A model generated the notes under the pieces. The model was not told the DNA's origin, did no database searches, and was given only the letters and a program-made list of their open reading frames with translations. This document shows positions 38,592 through 50,869 of a DNA stretch of 64,000 bases, in pieces. Each line of letters opens with the position of its first letter. The first letter of the stretch is position 1. The position numbers and the translations under genes were made by a program. The stretch is from Lingula anatina (Eukaryota; Animalia; Brachiopoda): NCBI GenBank assembly GCA_051362555.1, contig CM120649.1:11098001-11162000 (forward strand). The letters are read 5' to 3'.

Positions 38592-40669
38592 AAATTAGAC
38601 AATTTACACTATCGGATATAAATGTGTTACATCTTTGTGGATAATGGTTATTTAGTTATTTATTCTGGCACAATTTACGTTCTACCATTATTAAGTCAGT
38701 TCAAAATCACAGTGTACTGTGGAAACGCAAAGTTTTACATGTACGTACAGGGTGTGCAAAGTTGTGTGTGAAATGCCGCACATATTGGATTTGTTTCAAT
38801 TGATATCAGTGTTTTGTATCCATTGTTTTTTAAGACGCGTTTTAAGTGCTATCTCCATGCATTATTTATATGAATTGATATTCAATATTTAAAGAGATGA
38901 ATCATGAGTTCACTTGTACATGTAAACTGCATAATATTGGCTTGGTCCAAGGAAACAGTTCCTTCTCTTTCAGAAAGCCAGAATAAAATAATTAACGGGG
39001 CAAATAAAAAAAAAAAAAACAGGCAAAATCCCCATACCTAGCCCAACAGTGAAGTCTTCCTCGTCTTTATTTCGATTACATTTATTTCATATTGGCCGAG
39101 TGGTATCTAAGTAAGGTTGTCATTCCTGTGACCCGCCCACCCAACCTTAACAAAATCCTTGATCAGCCAGTGCGTAATACGATAAGATATATTTTGTTTC
39201 ATTAAAATGCCATTAATTAAACCAAGGTTCAAAGTACAGGACGCAGAGGTGACGACATCAGATTTTAACGGTTTAGGTCCAAGACTGTTACTGCATGCGC
39301 ACATTGTATATCTGTAAAATTTTAATTATGAATCAAACAGTTCAGGAATTTAGCTGTATTTTTTAAACCTTGTGTAAACATAAGTATGATCTTCACTTTA
39401 TATGATCGCAGGCATTTGCGAAATGTTGAATTTAATGTGCAGCTGTATCTCGTTTTTCTGTACGAGAGAAAACATTTCAACGTGAGGCAACTATGTATAT
39501 AAACATGTTAGCTGGTGTAAAACCTTTCTAATAGCTTATTGTTACGTACTGTATGTTAAGGTTTACGTATGAATTTTAAAAACGTGAATGCATTTCTTTT
39601 GAGAGAAGCAATATACAGCATATTCACAGATTGACAGTGCATTATAAATGGAAATAAACATCTATGGTTTTTGCTATGCCGTTTTGACTGTTTGTTTTTC
39701 CACTCGGATGTCCCTCTTTCGACGTGCAGACTTAATAAAATTAGTATATGAAAATCATCTTTATGAGAAATGCTAAATTATTTTCTGAAAACAAGAAGAA
39801 AACATTTTAATATTTATATACTATGAAGTTACTTTATCTACACCAGCGGTATTACTGACCATACAGGATTTAAAAAGAGATAATATCACCAAAGACAGCT
39901 GTTGCCACAATTGTTATCATTTGACAATGATGACATATTGTTGGTGTTCGTTAAGAGAAACAGTGTACCAACGATGTTTTCATAATTATGTGAATATTTC
40001 ATAGACATCATACTAGTACATATATTTACATTCATATTTAAGTTATTTCGGTAATCGCTAAATGCAATTATTCGCATGCATATACATACATATTTACATG
40101 CATTTTGCAGAAGGAATTATATGCCCCCCCCCCCCCCCCTGCACTGACTCTACATAATTGACGTGTTTTGAGTTTGGTAATCGTAGTTCACATGATCACA
40201 TGTCCCAAGAATAATCTGAGGTAATGGATCCACAATCAATTTGCTCAAAAGGTGCATTTATGACATGAGAATAGATTGCTTTTTCAGTTTCGGTGCAATA
40301 ACCAAAGCCATCATGCACATGTCTTGGCTTAGTCAAGTGAAAGAGTTGGGACAATATAAAATTACCGCTAAAACCCCAAACAATAATCATTTTAACCATA
40401 CACGTGTCACAGTCGCCCACGCCATCTGTTCGGCAATAAAATCTCGACAGACATAAACGTACTGTCGCCCGAGGAGCGACGAGAATTTCAAGTAAAGGCG
40501 GACATCATAATTCTTTACCTGATAAATGACTTATGTGCAACATATGGTGGCAACGCCTGGCTCAGGTGTTCCATACAGAGCTCGTATTCAAACGACTCCT
40601 GAGAGATCTTATATTACTACTGCCTACATCGTATCCGTGCCTTTGAATTAGCCATAAGATCAAGAAAGA

Positions 40670-43600
40670 ATGGTAAGTGTAACGATTTGGATGTTTCTCG
40701 TGTTGACACTGCACGGACTTGTTTCTGGTGACAAATCCTTTAAGAAAACATCGGGGAAACCAAGGATAAAGACAAATAATGTCCACCACGTATACCGACC
40801 GTATTTAAAGGGTGAAGTGTTAAATGTTACTAAAGTTCAGCACTTGGAGGGGATCAATCGCCACCATCCGCCTTTCAATGAACGCCGCATTCAAGCCAAT
40901 TCTCTTAATAGACATTCTTTGCAACGTGGAGGAAAGTCTCTACAGTCTAATAAAGGCGCGGAAATTGTTTCTAAAGTGGACACAGAGGACGCGCAAAAGG
41001 ACGTCGCCTACCACAGGGATAAAGAGTCGGACATCCCTCTTGATGACCAGTCACGTAGAAAGCCACAGCTACCGGGCTGGCTTAAAAGCCTTGGGGCCTC
41101 TGCGAGTGAGGGACGGTTTCCGTCAGATGGTGAAATAAATGGGTATAACATTGCCCCCAATGGCAGAAAACATGACGGTAAAGTCGTTGTCTCGCTGCCG
41201 AAGCCGAAGGAGATGAACCAGAATAAGGTCGCTTATTCCAACGGAGCAAAGCAAACAAAAACCGTGCAGAGGCATAAGCCAAAAGTAAAAAGTGACTTCT
41301 TGTCAAATTTATCCCCCGAATTGGAACTGATGCCAATGGTTTTAGAGGCAGACCAGCCAATGCACCAAAAGAGCAAGAACAGCGGTCAAATCCAGGAACC
41401 ATATAACAACCCCGACAGCTCTGTACAAAGACAGGCTCAGCAAATGCACCAGAAAAGAAGAGAAAATCGGCCACAAAGCAACACAAGAAATAATCCTAAC
41501 ACGATGGGAAATTTTCAGCCAGAAGCCAAGAAAGTTAACAAAGAATTGCCATCAAACCAAGGCATTTATCACGAAAAACGTATCTCGACGGCTTATGGGA
41601 AAGAGGCCCCGGATTCAACGGATAAACCGATGGGAACAGTTGTGGAGGAATTCACAAATGAACAGCCAGGGTTGACACCGGATTTAAAAGTCGGTGGCGA
41701 GGAATACGATCGGATATTGCTTAGCAACGTTGGTAAACAGACAAAAGAGAGTGTACCGGATGATGAGGACGAGAAACATGTCGAAAAGAGTAAGTCTATT
41801 TTTTAAATTAATAAGTTGTGTGGGAATCATGGCTTAGAGCACGCTGCTTCTATAGACCTAATCATTATTGTAATATGCAGATTTTTAAATTAAGTTAAAA
41901 CTAGCAAAGGCAATACAATATCGACTGTACAATATCATACCGCGCCGCAGCTTTGCTTCGTCCCGGAATATACATATAGCATACTGGTAATTTGACCTCT
42001 TGCTTATCTATTTACATGTATTGTCTGCGGAGGCTGTTACGTCAACATATGTGTCAGATATATCCTTTTAAGAACCTTTTAATAGATACTTCAATAAAGT
42101 GTTAATGAAAAAATAATAATAATAATGCAAATTAATAATCGCATATTCTTGAGCGTGCAACAATTGTTCTTATGCTCATTATTTCAGATTTGCCACTCTC
42201 AAAGAAATATGCCCAGGCAGTGCAAAATAACCAAGGAATCCAAAGGCAATATCAATCAGAGACTGACGAGTCTCGTGGGTATCTCCCCTCACAGGGCAAT
42301 CCTCTAGAGAAACGTCAGGGCATTCAGAATGGTTTCCTTGGAGATGCCATATTGCCAGTTGATTTTCGGGGCGATCCTGACGTTTCCCCTGATTCTCTCC
42401 CACACGCCCGGCCTCATGACCGAGGGAATTATGAGCAAAGACGAGAACAACTATCGCCGCACCCCATTTCTCCCGATCTCCACCCACCGAACATGGGGAG
42501 GTCCCTACAAGTTGGCACAGGCCAGGTTCCTGGACATTTTGGAGGAGGACGATCAATTCCTAATGCCGATCGCTCACCACCAAAGCCTGATTATGAAGAA
42601 CTAAAACGAAAAATGATCAACGAATTGAAATTCCCACAGGCAATTAACCGTGGGCCAAGTGCATTTCTGTTTCGTCCGCATCTCCTGCCGAAAGACCCAA
42701 CCCCACTGCAACCACCACCACCACCAGCAACAGCAGCAGCAGCAGCACTAGCACCACCACCACCACCACCACCACCAGCAGCAGCAGCAGCAGAAGCGCA
42801 CCCAAACCTCGATAACATAATCGTCGGAAACCGAGACCTTCCCAATCCCCTGCTGTACCAAAACCCATATTTGCCGCTTGCACAACCTTACACAATAGAC
42901 GAACCAGGTGAACCTAATTTTGGTGTAAGAAGAAGAAATTTGGAAGCGCCGTGGTCAGGCGACGCGCCGTCTCCTTTAATTCAACCGGTACTTAATGATT
43001 TCGAAGGCAGACACCATAAGCAATTGCGTCATCCATCATCTCATTTTGATCAGCCACATCCTAATAACGCAGATGACTTGGTAATACCTCCCACTGTGAA
43101 CGAGAGGAGGGCGCCAAATATGCCATTGCCACATCCGGTACCACCTCCCCCACCACACGAGCGCCCCCAGGTGGTCAAACCTAATGACATAAAGAGGAGA
43201 CTGAATCCCAACAGCAACAGAGATCGCAAACCCTGGGTACACCCATACCCTCCACATGGCCCTGTAGAAGGCCCCAATGACGTCAGTGCCAGACCTTACC
43301 TTGTTGGCGCGCTCAGATCGCCGCATTTCAGGACAGAACTGATTGATGAATCTGTACCACTGCACGACCAGTCTTATCTGCCGAATGTTCCCGAAGATCG
43401 TGGGAAACCTGTCGCCACCTGGGGACCGGTTGAAAAGTCTCGGGACATGTCTCAAGGGACCGAAAGCCTGGGATCTCGCCCAAAGTCAGTTGTCACTAAG
43501 GAGGACGAGCTTAAAGGAAACGGTGAGTTGGACATATTCCAAGATTTTTTTTCAAAAAGCTTTATTAGACTTGTTAATACAGCATGTAAAGTCAACATAA

Positions 43601-44269
43601 TGCAAGGAAAAAAAGCAATGAAGAAAAAAAAAGAAAAATACAAACGCAAATCCGCTTAATTGAAAATACATCTTTTATACAAAGATCCAGGATGGCTTCT
43701 GACAGAAAACGACAAAAACTTTTTGGAACCCAGTGCCGAGACAGACTTCTCCAATTGGCAACAGAGTTCAAATGTGGAAGAAGAGGAAGAAGAGTTGCCG
43801 AGGACTTACAAGGAACCTAAGGACTTGTCACACGGCGCCACAAGTGTGAGAAACATTTCTCCAGCAAGGGATATGCTGCCCATGGCCCACACGCAGGATA
43901 TGTCCTACTGTCAGGCATATGGCAAGGGAACCTATATGGAGAATTTATGCCGAAAGTGTGCTTTGCATGGGGCTATCACTGGATGTAAGTATTGGTCATA
44001 TACAGGCCCGTAGCCAGCAATTTTAAAAGGGGGGTTCTTTGTCTGAAAAAGTGGACCCTTTTCCATAAAAGCTTCATGTACCTAGATCAAATTTTACCCA
44101 GAGTGGACCTTTTCCCAACAAAAGGGGTGGTTCTTTCGAACCCCCCCCCCCCCAACCCACCTGGCTTCGGGCCTGGTATAGTACTAGTAGGACCAGTTGT
44201 GGTAGTATTACTTAGTAGTATGACTTAGTAGTAGTAGTAGTAACAGTAGTGAGGGAGCAGAAGGAAATG

Positions 44270-44313
<44 letters not shown>

Positions 44314-44787
44314 TATGCATATAGAAACAACGGACTCATACCTTAACACAATAAATATTTCGTGATAATTTTTTAGTAGAGAAAGAGATTTCAATGTGTT
44401 GACAGAGATGCCGATCCATTTTTTCTTACCTCCAAATTTTACGAGGACAAATAGCAAATAATGCAATTTTTGTCGCTTTTGCAAGTCTTATACAATGAAA
44501 TGGCGATTCATCCAATTTCGAAAGCATTTCTAACAAAAAGTTGATACAAACAACGCGGCACATGTACATTTTGAATGCACTCACAGAGGACCAATTAACG
44601 TTATCATATTTTCTTTCCAGTTTCGTGCCCAAAATCAACGATGATAAACAGGAAAGGCGAGGTGTTTCCTCACAGAGACCCGTTGTGTTTCTGGACGTGT
44701 TCATTTATGGGGGAAGCAGTGGCAAGACCCTGTCCGCAGGGTCAACACTTTGACCAGTACACTGGACTGTGCACAAGACACAACTAA
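40670..44787 (+). CDS. Secreted Pro/Asn/Gln-rich low-complexity protein with C-terminal chitin-binding type-2 (CBM14)-like domain (~973 aa)
   Basis: Signal peptide MVSVTIWMFLVLTLHGLVSG; exons 40670-41789, 42188-43522, 43685(or 43691)-43984, 44621-44787, all phase-1 GT-AG joins; last exon FSCPKSTMINRKGEVFPHRDPLCFWTCSFMGEAVARPCPQGQHFDQYTGLCTRHN*; AATAAA at 44961. Confidence 0.82.
44003..44175. mobile_element. Short MITE-like element in intron 3 of the secreted protein gene
   Basis: CAGGCCCGTAGCCAG ... CTGGCTTCGGGCCTG inverted ends; no clean TSD. Confidence 0.55.
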
Positions 44788-45365
44788 CGAGAATGGCACG
44801 GCCTTCTAAGTTTTTTGATCTTGTTATACAGTACGCACTCCTTAATGTGTGTCTAACCTGTCTCTTTTTCTAGTATTATTATCAATACTATTTAAATTAA
44901 TTTATATCGAAATTAACGTAAAGGAAAAAAATTATTATTAAAAAAATGTCACTAACGGTTAATAAAGAATGAGAACATGGAACTGAATGATAACGTTGCT
45001 ATTAATGAATTAAAAATAAGGTACACGTAGAATGAATGTAGTTTTTATTAGCCATAAGATGGGTACCGGTACCCTGTAGTAAACGAAGCTCAGGAGCAAA
45101 GAGTATAATTTTTTTCACAGAATGTTAAAAATGATAATAGTGATGTTAATAATAATAATAATAAATCCAGCCGTCAATACTCAAAGCAATAATCCAATAC
45201 TCGAACGTATTTTTTACCGGTTTATAACTAACGCCCGGTGACACCCCCCCACCCCCCATCCCGGCCCCCTTCCTACGGGAAATTCTGGATTTGATAGTCT
45301 GATGCCTTTGGGGCTATAACGGAAACAGACAAATATTTCAAAGTTGGATCTTAAAAAACTCCTTG

Positions 45366-46499
45366 TTACTGTAGAGCAAGCTGTTTAATGTGATCTAAGC
45401 GTTCGTTCATCTTCAGAAGGTCTAGCCCGCTCAGGGTGCTGCTGTCTGTTTGCACTCGTTTGAGCTTATCACATATTCCATTGAGAGTGTACTCCGTGAA
45501 CTTGTACTGTTGCTGGTCGAGTTGATTCTTCGACAGCAGGCGCTTTATCATTTTCTCCTCTTCCTTAAGAGAGGCGAGGACTGAGGACGTGGCCGCCTTT
45601 TGGTTTTCAAAATAGATCATCAAAGATTGAAGACTGTCGTCTGCCGGGGGTATGACGTCATCAGGGGTTTGGTCGCCATGTTGTAGAGTTAAAATGTCTG
45701 CCGTCTGTTCCATTCTTGACGGTTGTAGCGAAGCATCAGTATTTTCCTGATTGGAAAACTGCAGTACTTTCATTTTTTCATCTTTAAAATTTTCCAGCTC
45801 ATCTTCAACATCATGAGGTAAATTCCGTTCTAAGGCAGTATTGGGCTGCACGGCGGTTGTTTCAGATGGTCTGTGTTCTTCTAAAAGGCTCGCAAGCCAC
45901 CCATGCATCGTCACCTTCAAAACACGAATAAATTTCCTAAATGTTATTGGTCCAGAGTGCTTAGTAATATCCAGGATCTTTGCCAGTTGCTCTTCATTTG
46001 TTTTCTTGGACTAAAAACAAAAGATGCAAGAAAGATTATATGATAAAATTTGCCTATTTTGCTATAGACCTATATAAGAATGAACACTCTTGAACAATTG
46101 GTCGACTTGTAAATAGAAAGTTTTAAAAATTAGGCAAGAAGAAATTAATACATGCAGGCAAATACTTTGCCTTCCTTTAGTCTATAATATATTGCATTTC
46201 CTTTTGCTAAGTAAAAAAAAAGCAAGGCCTTCTCACCCCTACTCTAACACCCTCACTCTACCAGTAGTTAATTCTCTCCCAACAGCCGATGTTTAAAGAT
46301 AAGGATTGTATCTGTAATATCCCCAAGAGCATCATGTAAAATATTAAGAGTTCGAAACCTTTATGATATCCATCATGGCCGGCGAAAGCAACTTTTCTTG
46401 CACCATTGCGTCCAGAACAGACTTGGACAACACGAGGTTACGCATCAAGGTGTCCTCGTGTGCCTCTATTGACAGTCGGACATTGACGTCATCGGTCAT
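45366..46499 (-). CDS. CARD-domain protein with C-terminal coiled coil (~261 aa)
   Basis: Exon 46499-46359 (MTDDVNVRLSIEAHEDTLMRNLVLSKSVLDAMVQEKLLSPAMMDIIK|GT) joins in phase 0 to exon 46010-45366 (AG|SKKTNEEQLAKILDITKHSGPITFRKFIRVLKVTMHGWLASLLE...), matching the CARD pattern T..EQ...LD.....GP..F..F...L..T.H..LA..L. Confidence 0.8.
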
Positions 46500-47155
46500 G
46501 GTCGCAGCTTTATCACTGTAATACAGTTATTGTAACATATAAAAATTACGCATATTGAATGTCCACTTTCACTGTAGATTAAACAGGTCACCGAATTTTT
46601 TTGCTAAAAGTAACATTTTCCACTGCGATGTGTATCTTCAGAAAAAAAGAGAAAGCTTACTGACAAAACTGGAGATGATGTTGGGGTCTATTTCACACTC
46701 TAATAGATATAAACGTTCATATATATGTAACCCGGTTGGTTACTTAGTTCTGAGCGAGTAGCAAACTTGAAAACACAGAAGACCTTAATTGTAGCTCACG
46801 TAGATCTTTATTCACCGACGGGCTACAAACTGGCACTCAGGCAAGGACTGTCACGACGATCTCCCGGGGTCTCTCTCTTTCTATCTTAGAGGCCCAGTTT
46901 TTATAGGGAATCGTACTGATTCCTGCGTGCCGTAAACTATTAGTAAGCGTAAATAACTGTATCCTATCTAAACAGTCGATCATTAAAACTAGATACAGGG
47001 ACTCCAATACTTGTTACCGTTGCCCTGCATATGGATATATTCTCTGGGTTGGAAGGTTACATAACGCTCGGACCTGGGACTGTCTTCAACGAAATTATCC
47101 CGACTTGTTTTTGGTGGAAGAGATCAAAAGAGCCAAAAGGAAATAATGAGGCTTA

Positions 47156-48148
47156 AGCCTCTCTTACAACCCGTCGTGCGTGCTTAGAGATCGTGCGTCC
47201 TCGGAATTCTTCTCAGACGTAGCGTTGTCGCAGGATGAAAATTAAATCGCAGCGGACGAAGTAGTAAGTACTTTATGAGTAGGTGTGTTGTGCTGTAAAC
47301 GTGGGGCCCGCAAGTGGTCTGTACGCCTTTTTTTGGAAGTAGGAAGAAGTAAGGAGCACGTACGATCTGTACTTGTGTCGCACATAGTGAGTGAGATAAT
47401 CATACGTGTATTGCAAGTGAAGCGTACGTTTTCAGAAATCGTACTTACGAAGTAAGAGAAACGTAAGAGAAACGTAATAAGCACGGAAGTGGAACGCACG
47501 GATAATCAAAATAATATAAAAGGGAGCACCGAGTCTCTTCATCATTCACTGGCTTGGCTTGCAAAATGGCACTTCCAAGAAGGATGCGCCATCGACTTCT
47601 ACAGCTGCTAATGTAAGAGGAGGCCGAAGATCGTGACGCAATGCTTGCAGTGGTTGCTCGGGATCGCCTGCACTTTTATCGTGCTGGGCACGCGCGTCGT
47701 CTTAGTGTGACGCACTTCACAAGTATGGTAGTAGTACTCGCCACGCACTTTGGAAATGAGATAAACGCACAGAGGAAGTGCGCTCACCCCCCTTTTCGTT
47801 AACACGTACATTGAAAGCAAATTGAACGTACGAGTCTCTTGCGTGGTAAGTACGTCTTCGTGGTAAAATACCCCGGAATTTCTGCATGCTTTTCCGGCGT
47901 TACACGCACGCCTAGCGCACTTACTCAGTACTTTTGTCTTGCGTGCTACGAGCGTGCTCCAGGCGTTCTAATTGTCGCAGACAGGTCGTAGCGAAAAACT
48001 GGCCGGCCAGTTTTCGGGCTGCGTGCTTTGCGTCGTGTTTGCGTCCACCAAAAACAGTAGGTTCCACGTGCGTGTGTCTTACTACTTGGCCAATTCTTTG
48101 CACGCAAACCGCTCGTAGAAGCACGCACGACTTGTTGTAAGAGTAGCT
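47156..48148. mobile_element. Non-autonomous PIF/Harbinger-like element (~1 kb, CpG-rich)
   Basis: TTA|AGCCTCTCTTACAACCCGTCGTGCGTGCTT ... AAGCACGCACGACTTGTTGTAAGAGTAGCT|TTA (30-bp TIR, 4 mismatches). Confidence 0.75.
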
Positions 48149-49387
48149 TTAAGTACCTCTACGATTTTAGGATCGTCACCGGGTCTCCCTTTTCTGTCAT
48201 CCGAAAGGGGTGTACCTTCAATTATCTAAATTAATTACTTTACCGGGACTTTTGTTTCTAATTTTGGTTTCTCTTCCGTGATTGTGAATGTGATTTAAAG
48301 ATAGAGACAAATTGTATAACACTACCGTGTTATTTATACATTTAATGCACTGTGACCCAGATGAAGTACGTAGTGGAGTACGGTGAAATAATGAAGTTAT
48401 GTACTGTTCTATGACACAAAATACGCGTCTTACAAATCACCCAGCTTACTATACACTGTGAGACTTTTATGAATATATTGTGCACTTACGTAGACAAAGA
48501 ACTTTACCTAATAATAATAATAATAACCAATGTTATAGACATACCATTTTGAGAAACCTCCCTAGTATTCAAATACGTATACGCTGTAGGTCTCTAAAGT
48601 AACTTCTCTTGCCTAGGTATAGGTAAAACGAACTCCTACAATCAATCAAATTCACTGTGTTAACATTAATCTGTTTACATCCGAGATAAATTGCGCCTTA
48701 ATCACATTTATCTTCCGTTAATCTTCATTAATCCACCAAAAGCAATGCAACGGTAACGTCGTTACAAATCAATGTTTGATAAGTTAATACGTATGAAATT
48801 CAAAGCGTTCTCCATGACACAGTTTTGATAGTGAACGTTTAGCGTCACCCCAAAAGTGCATATTGGCGTAGGAGCGGAGGGAGGGGCGTTACTCTCCACC
48901 CTTACAAACTTTGAATCACGTCGGTCATTAGCGCAGAAAAAGGAATAAAGGAAATCGACCCTCTCATCAATATAGGCATTTTTTCTGAAGGCCTTGCCCA
49001 TTTTTTTTTTTTTTTTTTTGAACGCGCCTACAGTTAAGTCTTTTTGTGATTGATGAAATAAAAAGAAGTCTTTGGTCACAAAGTGTATGTGCGTAGTATT
49101 TCTAAGGCAAATAGTAGCCGTCTTGAATTCTGTGAAAAAAAAATATTGACAAAAGATGCATATAATTAAAGTGGAATTAGCTTTAATACAAGAGGAAGGA
49201 CATTAAAAGTTTTTCAGATTGCAGCATATAAACAGTGTTATCTTTTTCATAGATTTTTGCAATTTCTTAATACTCGTATAAACACAGAATATTGGTAAAT
49301 AAAACAATGTTAATGCCTTGATAGATAGAGGGCTGAATACAAACAAAATGTACAGAACTGTCAAGACTTATACTGATGTGCAAATCT

Positions 49388-50773
49388 TTACGCTGTTGAA
49401 ACACATGTGCTGCCAGTGCTATCATTTGGAATCAGCAAAGAAATGGTATCCGGCAAAAGAATTGGCTTGTCAATTCGCGTGATTCCTAAGCAATCGAAAA
49501 AGAAGTTTGCCTCTGATAACACCTCAGGAGTCCACTATTTGCTCCTGCCTTTTATGCATTTCCTAGATCGAAGCATGCCTCGCTGGGAATCGTGTTTCAG
49601 AGCGTTTCAGGCAGCCTCAGTGTATTCCAGGGGTAAGCCGCAGTATTCCAGCAACCTCTCACAGGCATGTTGTGGGTTCTCAAGAATATCCTCATACTTA
49701 AAAGCCTTGATATCCATACCTGCTTCCTTAAGGCGGATATAAGTGTGACACTGCACTGCCCAATGACACGCCATCATGCCAACCAAAGAGGTCCTAATAA
49801 TCAGTTCTGGGTCATGAAGCCAAGGGAGATCAGGAATCATAAACATTCTCCAAAAAAATTTAGCTTGGTTTTTCAGGAAACGATGAGCAAGGCGTTTTGT
49901 CTGCAACCAATAAAAAAATTTGACTTTAGGCAAAAATCCAAAAGCATGATAAAATGACTGTATGGTTTCTTTGCCGTTTCGGTAAAGAAACAGAAATGTT
50001 ATGTCCGGGAAAAGCCGCAACGCTCTATCTGCGTAGTTGATATCCACGGACCTGGTCTTTATACAAATCAATTGCAAGTCGCAATTGAATGATTTGCAGG
50101 TGACTCGAACTACACTCTGTATTAACCTATCCAAATCCTTACTGGATATTTTTTTCATCAGCATAGTTATATTTGTGAAGCCATCTGGTTCGTTGATGGA
50201 AACAACCCTTGGGACCGATTCGAGCATTTGAGTGACTGCCGTTGATCCACATCGCCCAGTGTTCAACAGCAGAAGGACTTTAAACTTTGGATCGCCGATT
50301 TCGTCAGCAATTCTGTGAAATGATGAAATTGGCATGACAATTAAACGAAGAGCATGTTCGAATTGTGCACAAAATGTAAATGGGTTCACGTCGGAGCTAA
50401 ATATGTTCACGGAAGAAGGCGCCTGTGCAAAGTAAGCCTCGTTTTCATCCAGGTATATAAACGTTATTTCTTGTGACACTACACATCGCGGGTGGGCAAA
50501 GTAACTGTGGGTGGCAATAAAGTGTATAGGATCGGTCGGCGTAAGGCAATCCCACTTATACCTCCAGACGATGTTCCTGACTTGGGCAGATTTTTCGTAT
50601 AATTGGCCATCTCTTATTTGACGAATTATGTTAGTGGTGCCGGTGATTCTCCACCACAATAGTTGGACATTGACAAAAACGAAGCGACAGGTGCAGAATA
50701 CAACCCAGATGAAAAATTTCATTTTAACTGTAAAAGACATCATAGGAAGCTTACGTAAGATTTGCTGTGACAA
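49388..50773 (-). pseudogene. Intronless sulfotransferase-like (P-loop/PAPS-binding) gene with in-frame stops
   Basis: N-terminal hydrophobic segment; LLLLNTGRCGSTAVTQML (5'-PSB-like), FLFLYRNGKETIQS (3'-PB-like), FKYEDILENP. The frame continues past TGA 49607-49609 (NALKHDSQRG...) and TAG 49535-49537 to TAA 49388-49390. Could alternatively be a C-terminally shortened CDS 49607-50743. Confidence 0.7.
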
Positions 50774-50869
50774 AATAATTTTTAAAGTAATGATAAAATA
50801 AAACTTTGATGACGTTTGGAGAACTAAACGACATCTTTATCGCTATGCATAGTATACAGTATACATGTA

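Noticed and set aside
39093-39104. TGGCCGAGTGGT, a tRNA A-box-like motif
   Set aside because: No B-box or cloverleaf follows; a tRNA or SINE cannot be supported.
40670-40678. ATG|GTAAGT as a splice donor directly after the start codon
   Set aside because: The frame stays open for 1.1 kb and encodes a good signal peptide, so it was treated as exon; RNA-seq would settle it.
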